Assembly (NCBI GenBank): GCA_902496015.1
Contig: CABUZJ010000005.1
Location: 17,303 to 81,302 of the forward strand
DNA length: 64,000 nucleotides
Source: an uncultured Eubacteriales bacterium
Lineage (GTDB): Bacteria; Bacillota; Clostridia; Christensenellales; UBA1242
Direction: 5' to 3'
A program made the translations under genes and the position numbers. The notes below the pieces were generated by a model that had not been told where the DNA came from, ran no database searches, and saw only the letters and a program-made list of their open reading frames with translations. Shown piece after piece: positions 40,034-51,343 of the stretch (the first letter of the stretch is position 1; each line of letters begins with the position of its first letter).

Positions 40034-40765
40034 TTAATCTAAATTTAAAAAATTCATAACACCTTTAAAAATGCAGTTGGCTACTTTATCTTGGTAAGTT
40101 TCATCTAAAAGTAATTTTTCATCTTCTGGATTAGATAAAAAACCACATTCGGCTATAACTGATGGTGCTTCGGTGCATTTAAGCATAAAGTAATCGCCAA
40201 CGCTTACACCCTTATCGCTAGATGGGAGTTCGGTAGTAAAAAATTTTTGAATAGATAATGCAAGTTCTCGGCTTATTTCACTTGCTTTATCGTAGAATAC
40301 TTGTGCACCACGAAGTTTATTGTTTGTAAAACTATTCATGTGAACTGAAATTACCATGTTGGGTTTTACTTGTTCAATTATTTCTTTCCTTTTTGCCATA
40401 TCTCGCTTTTTATAATTAGCACTGTAAAGTCCATATAGTCCGTTTTCATTAGTTCGAGTTAATACTACCGTTATTCCAATGCTTTTAAGATAATTAGCGA
40501 GCTTATTAGAAATGCTTAAATTAATTTCGGCTTCTTTTACTTTGCTAGTTCTGCCTATGCTTCCAGGATCTAGTCCACCATGACCAGGATCAATAACTAC
40601 TGTGTAGCCGATACTTGGTGCTTCTTCGCTTGTAGATGCGCTTGCACTAACAACATTAACTACTGCACTAGAAGAAATTAAAAGTGCAATGCAAAAGAAT
40701 ATTGCTAAAAAGCCTTTTAATTTTTTTATTTTTGGTTTTTTGATTTTGTTTAGATGTTTTTTCAT
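40034..40765 (-). CDS. N-acetylmuramoyl-L-alanine amidase (Amidase_3), CwlD-like, with an N-terminal membrane anchor
   Basis: VVIDPGHGGLDPGSIG, ISVHMNS, ECGFLSNPEDE. Confidence 0.85.
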   Translation of the reverse strand: MKKHLNKIKKPKIKKLKGFLAIFFCIALLISSSAVVNVVSASASTSEEAPSIGYTVVIDPGHGGLDPGSIGRTSKVKEAEINLSISNKLANYLKSIGITVVLTRTNENGLYGLYSANYKKRDMAKRKEIIEQVKPNMVISVHMNSFTNNKLRGAQVFYDKASEISRELALSIQKFFTTELPSSDKGVSVGDYFMLKCTEAPSVIAECGFLSNPEDEKLLLDETYQDKVANCIFKGVMNFLNLD

Positions 40766-40977
40766 AGTAAAGTTTATTTGGTATTTAAGTTAAATATTCA
40801 ACTTTTTAAATTTATTAGTAAGAGTAAATTAAGTTAAGTAAATTGTAACGCAAAACTAAAAAATGTAAAATAAAACTTATAAATTAATAAACAAGCATTG
40901 ATGCAATAATAGAATAATTGGTATTTTACAATATTTATATTTTTATTTTAACATTAATTAATTTTATAATGGAATTC

Positions 40978-41006
40978 TTGATTAGAGGTTGATTTAGTGA
41001 TATAAT
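40978..41006 (+). promoter_or_regulatory. Promoter TTGATT-17-TATAAT ending 6 nt before the mrnC ATG
   Basis: Read directly; no SD. Confidence 0.6.
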
Positions 41007-41012
41007 AAATTT

Positions 41013-41450
41013 ATGAATTTAGATGATAAAAATATTAAACCTTTAGTTGGTGATAACCCAAAAAAAGAATTAAACATATTAAATGTTTCATCTTTAAATA
41101 TGGCGCTTGTTGGTGATGCAGTGGAAGCATTATATTTGCGAACATGGTTTGCAACAAATACCACTTTAAATGTTAATTCAGTAACAAAAAAAATTAATAA
41201 AATTGTTAATGCAGGCGCACAAGCACAGTCTTTAAAATTAATTGAGCCATTTTTAATTGGCCAAGAGTTAGAAGTTTGTAGGCGTGCTAGAAATACTCAT
41301 ACTAATTCAACTGCGAAAAATTATTCAGTAATAGAATATAGATATGCCACAGCTTTTGAAGCATTATTAGGTTATTTATATTTAACAAATAATATTGAAA
41401 GAATACAATTTATTATGAAAAAAGTGCTAAATATATTTAATTTAGAATAA
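41013..41450 (+). CDS. mrnC: Mini-ribonuclease 3
   Basis: LALVGDAVEALYLR and AFEALLGYLYL (single RNase III domain). Followed by rlmB, as in Bacillus. Confidence 0.88.
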   Translation: MNLDDKNIKPLVGDNPKKELNILNVSSLNMALVGDAVEALYLRTWFATNTTLNVNSVTKKINKIVNAGAQAQSLKLIEPFLIGQELEVCRRARNTHTNSTAKNYSVIEYRYATAFEALLGYLYLTNNIERIQFIMKKVLNIFNLE

Positions 41451-41527
41451 AAAGTGCGTATTTTATTGATAAAAAAGAAAAAATAATTTGATAAGTTGTT
41501 AAAAATTGCAAAAATGGGAGAAAGTAA

Positions 41528-42253
41528 ATGAATTTTGAAGGCAAAAATGCGGTTTTTGAATTGCTAAATTCTTCTAAAACAATTGAAAAAATTATGATAG
41601 AAGATAAGACAAACGATATAAAGTTAAGAGAAATTTTTAAACAAGCAAAAGAGAATGGAATAAAAGTAGAGTTTGTTATGAAAAAGGCATTAGATAAAAT
41701 TAGTGAAACAGGGAAACATCAAGGTGTTATTGCAATTGCAACTGATTTTGTTTATGCTGATTTAAGCGAAGTTTTAAAGAATAAAAAAGACAAACAAATG
41801 CTATTTGTTTTGCTTGATGGTGTTTTAGATCCACATAATTTAGGAAGCGTAATAAGAGTTGCTGAATGTGTGGGTGCAACTGCAGTAATTATACCTAAAA
41901 ATCGTTCTGTTGTCGTTAACGAAACGGTTATTAGGGTTAGTGCAGGTGCGTGTGCGCATATTCCTGTTTGTAAAGTTGGCAATTTGGTTAATACAATTAA
42001 TTTGCTAAAAAAACAAAACATTTGGGTTTATGCTTGCGATATGGACGGACAAAATATTTATTCTACTAATTTTGATGGAAATGTTGCCTTGGTTATTGGC
42101 GGAGAAGGACAAGGCGTTTCTAATTTGGTTAGAAAAGAGTGTGACCAAATTATAAGTTTGCCGTTATATGGTAAAGTTAATTCTTTAAATGCTTCTGTTA
42201 GTGCAGGTATTGCTATGTATGAGGTAATTAGACAAAGAAATTTTAAAAACTAA
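41528..42253 (+). CDS. rlmB: 23S rRNA (guanosine-2'-O)-methyltransferase RlmB (SpoU/TrmH family)
   Basis: HQGVIA, LDGVLDPHNLGSVIR, LVIGGEGQGVS, SLNASVSAGIAMYE. Confidence 0.9.
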   Translation: MNFEGKNAVFELLNSSKTIEKIMIEDKTNDIKLREIFKQAKENGIKVEFVMKKALDKISETGKHQGVIAIATDFVYADLSEVLKNKKDKQMLFVLLDGVLDPHNLGSVIRVAECVGATAVIIPKNRSVVVNETVIRVSAGACAHIPVCKVGNLVNTINLLKKQNIWVYACDMDGQNIYSTNFDGNVALVIGGEGQGVSNLVRKECDQIISLPLYGKVNSLNASVSAGIAMYEVIRQRNFKN

Positions 42254-42348
42254 ACCTTGTAAAAAGTGCAGATTAAATTTAAAAATGCTTAAAATTTATT
42301 GAAAAATGGCAAAAAACATTGAATTTTATTAATTTATGGTGAAGTGTT

Positions 42349-42906
42349 ATGAAAGAAATTGACCTTGAAAATTTAATAGATGCTTATAGTGATACCATTC
42401 GAGCAATTTGCAGAAGGTATTATTTAGTTGGTGGAAGCCAAGAAGACCTTTATCAAGAAGGAATGATTGGGTTTTTAGAGGCATGCAAAAATTTTGACAC
42501 CACAAAGGGAGATTATCATAGTAAGGCTTTTAAGAAATTTGCGGTATTATGCATTAAGCGCCAAATATTAGACGCAATAAAACACGCTAACGCAAAGAAA
42601 AATCAGCCACTTAATAACTATATTTCATTTAATCAAAAAAATGATGAGAATCAAGAGTTTGAATTAGAATTTAATAGCTCTTTTATTAATTATCAAGATT
42701 TTGATCCTGAAACTATAATAATGAATCAAGAAACAACAGATGAACAATTAAAAATTTTAGCAGAGAATTTAAGCGAGAGCGAAAAACAAGTTTTAAAACT
42801 TTATTTAGCAGGATTACCACAATCAAAAATTGCTGTAAAATTAAATAAAAGTGTGAAGCAAATTGATAATGCTATTCAGCGCATAAAAAAGAAAGCTAAA
42901 TTTTAA
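42349..42906 (+). CDS. sigH: Sigma-70 family factor, SigH-like
   Basis: Region 2 (DLYQEGMIGFLEACKNFD) and region 4 HTH (SKIAVKLNKSVKQIDNAIQRIKKK). Synteny after mrnC-rlmB. Confidence 0.8.
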   Translation: MKEIDLENLIDAYSDTIRAICRRYYLVGGSQEDLYQEGMIGFLEACKNFDTTKGDYHSKAFKKFAVLCIKRQILDAIKHANAKKNQPLNNYISFNQKNDENQEFELEFNSSFINYQDFDPETIIMNQETTDEQLKILAENLSESEKQVLKLYLAGLPQSKIAVKLNKSVKQIDNAIQRIKKKAKF

Positions 42907-43036
42907 TTAAAAATTTATACCTTGTTTAAATTTGCAAAAAACAACTTAGAGTTTAGTAAAAATGGCTAAAATATTGTGTTTTTTAATATTTTTATTTATA
43001 AAATCTATACTTGTAATTAATTAAAGGAGAAATAAT

Positions 43037-44644
43037 ATGTATTTAGCGTTATATAGAAAATATCGTCCTCAAACATTTGATGAAGTGATTGGGCAGGACC
43101 ATATTATTAAAACATTGCAAAATCAAATTAAAACAGACCAAATTGGTCATGCGTATTTATTTTGTGGCAGTAGGGGGACAGGGAAAACAAGCACTGCTAA
43201 AATATTTGCACGCGCTATTAATTGTAAAAACCCTAAAAATGGTTCTCCTTGTGGTGAATGTGAATGTTGTAAACTTAATGCAAACAATATAGATATTTTA
43301 GAAATTGATGCGGCTAGCAATAATGGGGTTGATGAAATTAGAGATTTAAGAGAAAAAGTTAAATACCCGCCTGTTAATGGTAAATATAAAGTTTATATTA
43401 TTGATGAAGTTCACATGTTAAGTGTAAATGCTTTTAACGCTTTGTTAAAAACATTGGAAGAACCACCAAGTTCTGTTGTTTTTATTTTAGCAACTACCGA
43501 AGTGCATAAATTGCCTGCAACGATACTTTCTAGATGCATGAGATTCGATTTTAGGCTTGTTGCACTTGACAAACTAATTACTCATTTAGAAAAAATTTGC
43601 AAAGAAAATAATATTAAATATGAAATTTCAGCATTAAACTTAATAGCGCGTGCAGGAGAAGGAAGTGTGCGTGATACTTTGTCTGTTGCTGATAGATGTA
43701 TTTCATTTTGTGGTAACAATTTGACACTGTCAGGTGTTAGTGAAGTTTTAGGTGTGGCTAGCAAGGAAAGCTTGAGTGAGGTTTGCACTAATCTTTTATC
43801 GGGAGACATTGCTAAAACTTTAATTTCAACTGACGCAATTTTAAGCCAAGGTAAAAGTCCATTGGTTTTATCACGAGATTTAATTTCTTATTTTATTGAT
43901 TTGCTTTATGTTGAAACTTTAAAAGACGAAGCGAGAAAGTACATTGTAATAAGTGATGAGCTATTTGTAAAAATGAAAAGCCAAGCGACCCAAGAAAATT
44001 ATGAAAAAATAATTTCTGCAATAGAGTTGTTAAGTGGGGTTGAGAGTGAATTAAGGTATAGCGTTCAACCAAGGGTGGTTTTAGAGTGTGCGTTGCTTAA
44101 AGTTATTAGTAATCAAACTGTGGAATTAAGGCTTAAAGCAGTTGAACAAAATTGGCAAAATATCATAAAAAATTATGAAAATATGCAGAAAAACACGCAA
44201 TTTTTGCCAAATTACAGTAAACAAGAAGATCAAAACAGTCAATCTTTAAATAATGAAAAAGCAATAAATTATTCAACAGTTAATAATTTTGAAAATATTG
44301 ATGAACCGACCAACAAATCTACTATTCAGCATAATTTGGCAGAAGGACAAATTTTAGGAGACCTTCTGCAAGAACTAAGAAAAGAAAAAGCACTTAGTTT
44401 GGTCGCTGCAATTGGTCAAGTTAAAAGTGTGACTGTTTTGGGTTCAGTGGTTGAACTTGTGTTTGAAGATGAAATAACGGTAGACATGATTTCTGCTAGC
44501 AAAAATAAGAGGCTAATAGATAAGTTTTTTGAAGAACGAGGGCTTACTTTTAAATTTGTGCCTATGGAAAAAGCCACTGTTAAGGGGAAAGATATTGCGG
44601 ATTTAAGTAAGTTATTAGGTGGAAAACTTAAAATAGATAAGTAA
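43037..44644 (+). CDS. dnaX: DNA polymerase III subunit gamma/tau
   Basis: YRKYRPQTFDEVIGQ, GSRGTGKTS, Zn module CGECECC, IIDEVHML. Confidence 0.97.
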   Translation: MYLALYRKYRPQTFDEVIGQDHIIKTLQNQIKTDQIGHAYLFCGSRGTGKTSTAKIFARAINCKNPKNGSPCGECECCKLNANNIDILEIDAASNNGVDEIRDLREKVKYPPVNGKYKVYIIDEVHMLSVNAFNALLKTLEEPPSSVVFILATTEVHKLPATILSRCMRFDFRLVALDKLITHLEKICKENNIKYEISALNLIARAGEGSVRDTLSVADRCISFCGNNLTLSGVSEVLGVASKESLSEVCTNLLSGDIAKTLISTDAILSQGKSPLVLSRDLISYFIDLLYVETLKDEARKYIVISDELFVKMKSQATQENYEKIISAIELLSGVESELRYSVQPRVVLECALLKVISNQTVELRLKAVEQNWQNIIKNYENMQKNTQFLPNYSKQEDQNSQSLNNEKAINYSTVNNFENIDEPTNKSTIQHNLAEGQILGDLLQELRKEKALSLVAAIGQVKSVTVLGSVVELVFEDEITVDMISASKNKRLIDKFFEERGLTFKFVPMEKATVKGKDIADLSKLLGGKLKIDK

Positions 44645-44710
44645 TAGTTAGAATTACTAGACAAAAAGCTTAAAATATTATATTATTAACCATAAAAGGA
44701 GAAGATTAAA

Positions 44711-45046
44711 ATGGCTAAATTTGGTGGATTTGGGGGCGGGAACCCAATGCAAATGCAAAACTTAATGAAACAAGCACAAAAAATGCAACAAGAAGCAATT
44801 GAAGCACAACAACAAATAGATGAGGCAATTCTTGAAGGAACGGCAGGCGGTGGAATGGTTAAGGTGCAAATCTATGGTACAAAAAAGCCAATTTCTGTGA
44901 AAATTGAACCCAGTGTAGTTGACCCAGAAGATGTGGAAATGCTTGAAGATTTAATTGTTGCTGCATTAAATGATGCCTGTGAAAAGGCAGATAAATTAAA
45001 ACAAGATAAATTAGGGAAGTTTGGAAGCCTTGGGGGGTTAATGTAA
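44711..45046 (+). CDS. ybaB: Nucleoid-associated protein YbaB/EbfC
   Basis: [14 protein letters not shown]...GGGMVKV; position between dnaX and recR. Confidence 0.93.
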   Translation: MAKFGGFGGGNPMQMQNLMKQAQKMQQEAIEAQQQIDEAILEGTAGGGMVKVQIYGTKKPISVKIEPSVVDPEDVEMLEDLIVAALNDACEKADKLKQDKLGKFGSLGGLM

Positions 45047-45047
45047 A

Positions 45048-45644
45048 GTGTCAAGCATTGAAATTGAAAGTGTGAATAGGCTTGCAAATGAATTTTCAAA
45101 GCTTCCTGGTGTGGGCAAAAAAACAGCACAAAGATATGCTTATTATATAATTGGGCTTTCAAAAGAAGGTGCAAAAAATTTTGCTGAAGCAATATTAGAT
45201 GTTAAAGAAAAAGTTAAATTTTGTGAAGAGTGCGGGAACTATACAGAGGTTAGTCCTTGTTCTATTTGTTCTAATCGATCTCATGATATTATTTGTGTGG
45301 TTAAAGAACCAAAAGATGTGATTGCACTTGAAAAAGTTAAAAATTTTAATGGGGTTTATCATGTGTTACATGGCACAATTAGCCCAATGGCTCATGTTGG
45401 ACCTAATGATATTAGAATTAAAGAATTACTAAAAAGAGTTAATGATTATGACACTAAAGAAGTTATAATGGCAACTAATCCAGATGTTGAGGGTGATGCC
45501 ACAGCAATGTATATTGCAAAACTTTTAAAACCACTTGGTGTTAAAGTGTCAAGAATTGCACAGGGAATAGCAATGGGAAGTGAACTTGAATATGCCGATG
45601 AAGTTACTTTAATTAAAGCATTAGAAAATAGAAAAGAATTATAG
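45048..45644 (+). CDS. recR: Recombination protein RecR
   Basis: [16 protein letters not shown] HhH, C4 zinc finger CEECGNY...CSIC, Toprim. GTG start. Confidence 0.95.
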   Translation: MSSIEIESVNRLANEFSKLPGVGKKTAQRYAYYIIGLSKEGAKNFAEAILDVKEKVKFCEECGNYTEVSPCSICSNRSHDIICVVKEPKDVIALEKVKNFNGVYHVLHGTISPMAHVGPNDIRIKELLKRVNDYDTKEVIMATNPDVEGDATAMYIAKLLKPLGVKVSRIAQGIAMGSELEYADEVTLIKALENRKEL

Positions 45645-45824
45645 AATTGCCTTAAATTTGGTTAAAATTAAAATGAAAACATGAAATTTTGCCAATTTTA
45701 TGGCATTTTTTATTATTAAATTAATTGTTTTTGCAAAAAATAAATATAATAATTATCTTAAAATTTCTTTAAATTTAATTGCACAAAATTATTATTTAAG
45801 TTAAAATAAAATAAGGAGAATGTT

Positions 45825-46880
45825 ATGAATTTTAAAAATAGTCCATGGCAAGCCGAAATTATTTTAGAAGATAATTTATTAGATGATGAAGGGAATTTGT
45901 TACACACTGGTTTTTCAAGGCATCCCTTTTTGAAATATGATAGAAAACGAGTTAAGGCAAAACCAAGCAGAATTAAGGAGTGGGATTATTATTTAATTTA
46001 TAATAAAAATTTTGGGTTAGCGCTAACAGTTGCTGATAATGGCTATATGGGTATGCTTAGTGCGACAATTTTAGATTTTAAAAAACCATGCGAAAAGACA
46101 AAAAGTGTTATAACCTGGTTTCCTATGGGTAAATTTAATATGCCTTCTAGTTCATTAGTGGGTGATGTGGTGTATTCAAATAATAAGGTTTCTGCAAAAT
46201 TTGAAATTGTTGGCAAAAAAAGAAATTTACAATTTGTTTTTAAAAATTTTAAAGATAAAAAAGATTTAATAGCAAAAATAGAATTAAGTTGTGAACCAAA
46301 AGAAAGCATGGTTATTGCAACACCTTTTGATAAACCTAAGCATTTTTATTATAATCAAAAGATTATAGGGTTTAAAGCCCAAGGGAAAGTTTGCCTTGGA
46401 GAAGATGAAATTATGCAATTTAATGAAGACAATTCAAGAGGTATTTTAGATTGGGGCAGAGGCGTGTGGCCGTATAAAAACACATGGTATTGGGGTGCAG
46501 CATGTGGCGACTATGATGGACATGAGTTAGGGTTTAATATTGGTTATGGATTTGGGAATACAAAATCTGGCACCGAAAATATGATATTTTATGATGGCGT
46601 GGCACATAAGTTAGAGCATATAAACATTGAAATATCTAGTTTAAATAAGAAAAATGAAAGATATATGTTGCCATGGAAAATTACATCAAGTGATGGAAGG
46701 TTTGAAATGGATTTCATACCAATTATAGACAGATTTTCTAATACTGACATTGGAATAATTGGCAGTAATCAACATCAGGTTTTTGGTGTGTATACTGGGA
46801 AACTTGTTTTAGATAATGGCAAGGAAATTAACATTAAGAACTTTTTAGGGTTTGCCGAAAAAGTTGTTAACAAATGGTAA
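45825..46880 (+). CDS. Conserved hypothetical protein, DUF2804-like (351 aa)
   Basis: KEWDYYLI... motif and overall beta-rich composition. Assignment made from memory only. Confidence 0.45.
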   Translation: MNFKNSPWQAEIILEDNLLDDEGNLLHTGFSRHPFLKYDRKRVKAKPSRIKEWDYYLIYNKNFGLALTVADNGYMGMLSATILDFKKPCEKTKSVITWFPMGKFNMPSSSLVGDVVYSNNKVSAKFEIVGKKRNLQFVFKNFKDKKDLIAKIELSCEPKESMVIATPFDKPKHFYYNQKIIGFKAQGKVCLGEDEIMQFNEDNSRGILDWGRGVWPYKNTWYWGAACGDYDGHELGFNIGYGFGNTKSGTENMIFYDGVAHKLEHINIEISSLNKKNERYMLPWKITSSDGRFEMDFIPIIDRFSNTDIGIIGSNQHQVFGVYTGKLVLDNGKEINIKNFLGFAEKVVNKW

Positions 46881-47008
46881 ATAAAGAAATAAACTTGTTT
46901 TGGTTAGCATTAACAGCAATATTTAACAAACTTTAAAAATTGCAAATTAACAATTAAATTGTAAAAATTGTTATTAAAAGTAGTGTTTTTTACATATTAT
47001 TTGCATAT

Positions 47009-47644
47009 TTACACAAATTGTAAATCAAAAGTTAAATGAATTAAGAATTTAAGTTCATCCATGCTTTCATAGTCTTTGGTTTCAACATAGATGTAATTTT
47101 CGTTATCATATTCATAGGCTTTAATGGTTTCTTGGTCAGCAGATAAATTAAGCCACTTAAAATTCATATAATAGTAATTATTGATAACTCTATTTTTGTT
47201 TAAAGATAAAAAGGGTTCACTTTTATTAAATCTTATGGTTTTTGTGATGTCTGTTATTTTAAATGCAAATTGAAAATAGTCTGTGTAACAAAAAAGGTCT
47301 TCGGGATTGTCTTGTTCTGTCCAAATTGAGCCATCTTCTTTTATTGGTGTGGCTGATAATTTTGCTTGTTCTTTACTAACAATACCCGATAAACAAATAT
47401 TAATTAAATTATAGGTTTCGCCACCGAACACTTCGTGCAAGTTTGGTGTTGTTTCTTGTGAAAATTGAATAAGGGCAGGCTCACTGTTAAAAGAAAGTGA
47501 AAGACTTTCATTAGAAACTTTAGTGGTAGATAAACTTGCTATAAATTTAGGTTTATCTTGGTTTTCGCATGCACAAAATAAAAATATAAATGAAAAACAA
47601 AATATAATTATAAAACCATAATTTATTACTCGTTTTAATTTCAT
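47009..47644 (-). CDS. Orphan lipoprotein (211 aa)
   Basis: Lipobox FLFCA|C. Confidence 0.6.
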   Translation of the reverse strand: MKLKRVINYGFIIIFCFSFIFLFCACENQDKPKFIASLSTTKVSNESLSLSFNSEPALIQFSQETTPNLHEVFGGETYNLINICLSGIVSKEQAKLSATPIKEDGSIWTEQDNPEDLFCYTDYFQFAFKITDITKTIRFNKSEPFLSLNKNRVINNYYYMNFKWLNLSADQETIKAYEYDNENYIYVETKDYESMDELKFLIHLTFDLQFV

Positions 47645-47790
47645 ACTTTAATTATTACATTGCGATTTAAAAATATACTTTAACATTTAATTTTATTATT
47701 TTATCTTATTTTAAAAAATTTTAATAAATAGTATTTTATTTTATAAAAAAATGTGTTAAAATATAAAATTGTAACTTTGGAGAAAAATAT

Positions 47791-49620
47791 ATGGAAAATA
47801 ATAATATTAGAAATGTTGCTATAATTGCACATGTAGACCATGGTAAAACAAGCCTTGTTAATGAGCTTTTAAAACAAGGTGGGGTTTTTCGTGAGAATCA
47901 GGAAGTAACCGATAGGGTTATGGATAGTAATGCACTTGAAAAAGAACGAGGCATAACCATTTTAAGTAAAAATGCTTCTTTTATGCATAATGGGGTTAAA
48001 ATTAATGTTGTTGACACTCCTGGGCATGCAGATTTTGGTGGGGAAGTTGAGAGAGTTTTGAAGATGGTTGATGGCGTGCTTTTGGTAGTTGATGCATATG
48101 AAGGAACTATGCCACAAACCAGATTTGTGCTTTCAAAGGCTTTGGAACTTGACCTTAAAATTATAGTGGTTATTAATAAAATAGATAGAAAAGATGCAAG
48201 AATTAGTGAAGTTATAGATGAAGTATTAGAACTTTTAATTGAACTTAATGCCAATGATGAACAACTTGACTGTCCGTTTGTTTTTTGTTCCGCAAGACTA
48301 GGTACATCAAGCCTTAATCAAAACGAACAAGGAACTAATATGCAACCTTTAATGGACACTATAATAAAATATATACCAGCACCAAAAGGTGATGCAAATA
48401 AACCATTTTCAATGCTTGTTTCTTCTTGTGAACAAAATGATTATCTTGGCAAACTTGCTGTTGGCAAAGTTGAAAACGGAACTGTGAAAATTAATGAACA
48501 AGTAGCATTAGTTAATTTTCATGATTCAACTAAAAATAAGCAGTTTAAAATTAGTAATATTTTTACTTATGAAGGCTTAAAAAGAATACCCGTAACTAAT
48601 GTTAAAGTTGGGGATATTATATGCATTGCAGGAACTGACGAGGTTACAATTGGTGATACTATTTGCGACAAGAATAATCCTGTTGCTCTTCCGTTTGTTA
48701 AGATTAGCGAACCAAGTGTTGAAATGGAATTTAGTGTAAATAACTCGCCTTTTGCAGGCACCGATGGAAAATATTGCACAAGCAGGCATTTAAGAGATAG
48801 GCTAATGAAAGAAGCAGTGAAAGACCTTAGCCTAAAAGTGCAAGAAACTAACAGCGCTGACACATTTAAAGTGTTGGGTAGGGGAGAAATGCATATTTCA
48901 ATATTAATTGAAAATATGAGAAGAGATGGGTATGAATTTCAAGTTAGTATGCCTAAAGTTTTAATGAAAGAAATTAATGGTGTAATGAATGAACCTATTG
49001 ACAGGTTAGTAATAGATGTTCCTAGTGACTGTGTGGGGGCGATTATTAATGCAATGGGCGAAAGAAAAGGTGATTTAATTAACATGACAAATCATGTTAA
49101 CCGCACAAAGTTAGAATTTAATATTCCAAGTAGGGGTTTATTTGGTTATAAAAATCAATTTTTAACAGATACCAAAGGCGAAGGGGTAATGAGTTCAATA
49201 TTTTTAGGATATGAGCCATATAAGGGCGTAATTAAAAATAGGAACTTTGGCACACTTATAGCCTATGAAGCTGGGGAAGCCGTGCAATATGGGTTATTTA
49301 ACAGTCAAGAACGAGGAAGGTTATTAATAACACCAGGGACAAAAGTTTATGGTGGCATGATTGTTGGTATCAATCCAAAACAAGAAGATATTGTGGTTAA
49401 TGTATGTAAAACTAAACATCTATCTAATATGCGTAGTTCGGGTGCTGATGAGGCTTTAAGATTGGATCCTGTTAAACCTTTGACGCTTGAAGAATGTTTG
49501 GAATTTTTAAGTGAAGATGAACTACTGGAAGTTACACCAATTTCATTAAGGCTAAGGAAAAAGATTTTAGACCATACACAAAGAGGCAGACAAGAATTTA
49601 AAAAGAAAAATAATCAGTAA
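47791..49620 (+). CDS. typA: Translational GTPase TypA/BipA
   Basis: IRNVAIIAHVDHGKTSLV, DTPGHADFGGEVER, NKIDR; length 609 aa. Confidence 0.96.
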   Translation: MENNNIRNVAIIAHVDHGKTSLVNELLKQGGVFRENQEVTDRVMDSNALEKERGITILSKNASFMHNGVKINVVDTPGHADFGGEVERVLKMVDGVLLVVDAYEGTMPQTRFVLSKALELDLKIIVVINKIDRKDARISEVIDEVLELLIELNANDEQLDCPFVFCSARLGTSSLNQNEQGTNMQPLMDTIIKYIPAPKGDANKPFSMLVSSCEQNDYLGKLAVGKVENGTVKINEQVALVNFHDSTKNKQFKISNIFTYEGLKRIPVTNVKVGDIICIAGTDEVTIGDTICDKNNPVALPFVKISEPSVEMEFSVNNSPFAGTDGKYCTSRHLRDRLMKEAVKDLSLKVQETNSADTFKVLGRGEMHISILIENMRRDGYEFQVSMPKVLMKEINGVMNEPIDRLVIDVPSDCVGAIINAMGERKGDLINMTNHVNRTKLEFNIPSRGLFGYKNQFLTDTKGEGVMSSIFLGYEPYKGVIKNRNFGTLIAYEAGEAVQYGLFNSQERGRLLITPGTKVYGGMIVGINPKQEDIVVNVCKTKHLSNMRSSGADEALRLDPVKPLTLEECLEFLSEDELLEVTPISLRLRKKILDHTQRGRQEFKKKNNQ

Positions 49621-49644
49621 ATTGAATTTGTAAAATAAAAAGTA

Positions 49645-49678
49645 AAAAGATATGGAAAAATATATCTTTTTATTTTTT
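49645..49678 (+). terminator. Terminator after typA
   Basis: AAAAGATAT-8 nt-ATATCTTTT plus T tract. Confidence 0.75.
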
Positions 49679-49914
49679 ATATTTATTATAAAGAATAAAT
49701 CACCAGCATTTAACTTTAAATTATTTTTTTGTTAATTTATTAAAGTTTATTATGTTAAATAAAATCATATTGCAAATATTAATTATATGTTTAATTATGT
49801 TTAACAATAATTTATTAATTAACTTTTTTGTTTTATTTATTTGTAAAAATTTAATTTGTAATTGTGGTTAAATATTTTTATAATATTATTAACTAAATAA
49901 GAATGGAGAAAAAT

Positions 49915-51306
49915 ATGTTACCAAAAGAATTTGAAAACAATATGAAAAGTATTTTAAAAAATGATTATGATGCTTACATAAAGGCGTTAGAGTTGCCTTC
50001 AAAAAGAGGGTTAATAGTAAATACTAATTTTAATAATTCAACTGAAACTATTAAAAAATATTTAAAGTTAAATAAAATAGATTTTACACCCAATGGTTAT
50101 ACTTTTAATGAAGAAGATAAGTTGGGTAATACTTGGTTTCATCATGCTGGACTAATTTATTTGCAAGAGCCTTCTAGCATGGCACCACCACTTTGTTTTG
50201 AAACCTTAAAAGGTAAGAAGGTTTTAGACCTTTGCGCAAGCCCTGGTGGGAAAACTATTGCTTTATCTTTGCAAATTGGCGATGACGGACTTTTAGTTTC
50301 AAATGAAATAGTGCCACAACGAGCAAAAATTTTATTTTCTAATGTTGAACGGTTAGCGCTTACTAATGTTGTGGTAACGAACAATAGTCCGCAAGAGTTG
50401 GCAGATGTTTTTAATGATTTTTTTGATGCTATTTTAGTAGACGCGCCATGTAGTGGTGAAGGTATGTTTAGAAAAGATAAAAATGCAATTAATGAATGGT
50501 ATGTGGGTTGCAATAAAATGTGTGCAGACAGACAAAAAGAAATTTTAAATAATGCTACGCGCATGCTAAAACTAGGTGGACAGTTAGTTTACTCAACCTG
50601 TACTTTTAATAAACAAGAAAATGAGGATATTGTTGAATATATTATTTCGTTAGGTTTTGAAATACTAAGAGTTAACAGCAGTATTAAAAACTGTTCAAGA
50701 GATGGAATAAAAAACTTAAAAAAAGATAATTTACAAGAATGTAGAAGATTTTATCCAATGGATAATGTTGGCGAAGGTCAATTTATGGCATTGCTTAAAA
50801 AGTGCAAAAATAATGATGAAGTTCAGCAAATATTGCCAAAAAACTGCAAAATTAAACAAAATAAAGCAAATAATATTGTAAATCTAAATAGAACAGAGCA
50901 AAAAATTGTAACTGAATTTTTAAATGATACACTTCAAAATTTAGATTGTATTAAAAATTACAAGATTTTTAACATTGGGGAAAATGTATTTTTAGTTAAA
51001 AATATTGATTTGATTAATTTGCCTTTAAAATTTTTAAGTGTTGGAGTAAACCTTGGAAAACTTGAAAAAATTAGAATAGAACCACATCATTATTTTTTCA
51101 AAGTTTTTGGAAAAAATTTTAAAAGACAATTAAAATTAAATGAACAACAAGTTAAAGATTTTATTGCGGGTAAAGAATTAGAATCAGAAAATTGTAACAA
51201 TGGTTATGCTAGTGTGCTTTATTGCGGATTTATTTTAGGCGGTGGAAAGATAGCAAATGGGAAACTTAAAAATTATTATCCAAAAGGTTTAAGAGCAATC
51301 ATTTAA
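49915..51306 (+). CDS. RsmB/RsmF-family rRNA cytosine-C5 methyltransferase (NOL1/NOP2/Sun)
   Basis: DLCASPGGKT, DAPCSGEGMFRKD, LVYSTCTF. ATG 49915 is better spaced from the GGAG than 49903. Confidence 0.88.
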   Translation: MLPKEFENNMKSILKNDYDAYIKALELPSKRGLIVNTNFNNSTETIKKYLKLNKIDFTPNGYTFNEEDKLGNTWFHHAGLIYLQEPSSMAPPLCFETLKGKKVLDLCASPGGKTIALSLQIGDDGLLVSNEIVPQRAKILFSNVERLALTNVVVTNNSPQELADVFNDFFDAILVDAPCSGEGMFRKDKNAINEWYVGCNKMCADRQKEILNNATRMLKLGGQLVYSTCTFNKQENEDIVEYIISLGFEILRVNSSIKNCSRDGIKNLKKDNLQECRRFYPMDNVGEGQFMALLKKCKNNDEVQQILPKNCKIKQNKANNIVNLNRTEQKIVTEFLNDTLQNLDCIKNYKIFNIGENVFLVKNIDLINLPLKFLSVGVNLGKLEKIRIEPHHYFFKVFGKNFKRQLKLNEQQVKDFIAGKELESENCNNGYASVLYCGFILGGGKIANGKLKNYYPKGLRAII

Positions 51307-51343
51307 AAATTAAGTGCCATGACAATTTTAATTTTAAAACTTA

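Noticed and set aside
40766-40801. Leaderless-type promoter for the amidase gene (TTGAAT ... TAAACT-5nt-ATG on the minus strand)
   Set aside because: The spacer between the hexamers is 19 nt and the -10 is poor. It does not meet the standard of the other six cases.
42907-43036. Looked for SRP (4.5S/scRNA) RNA upstream of dnaX, where it lies in B. subtilis
   Set aside because: The 130-bp spacer is almost pure A/T. It has no GC-rich helix 8 / GNAR tetraloop-like element, so no SRP RNA is present here.
43037-44644. Programmed -1 frameshift site in dnaX (A AAA AAG type)
   Set aside because: I could not find an in-frame A7G-type slippery heptamer with a downstream hairpin. There is no evidence for a gamma product made by frameshifting.
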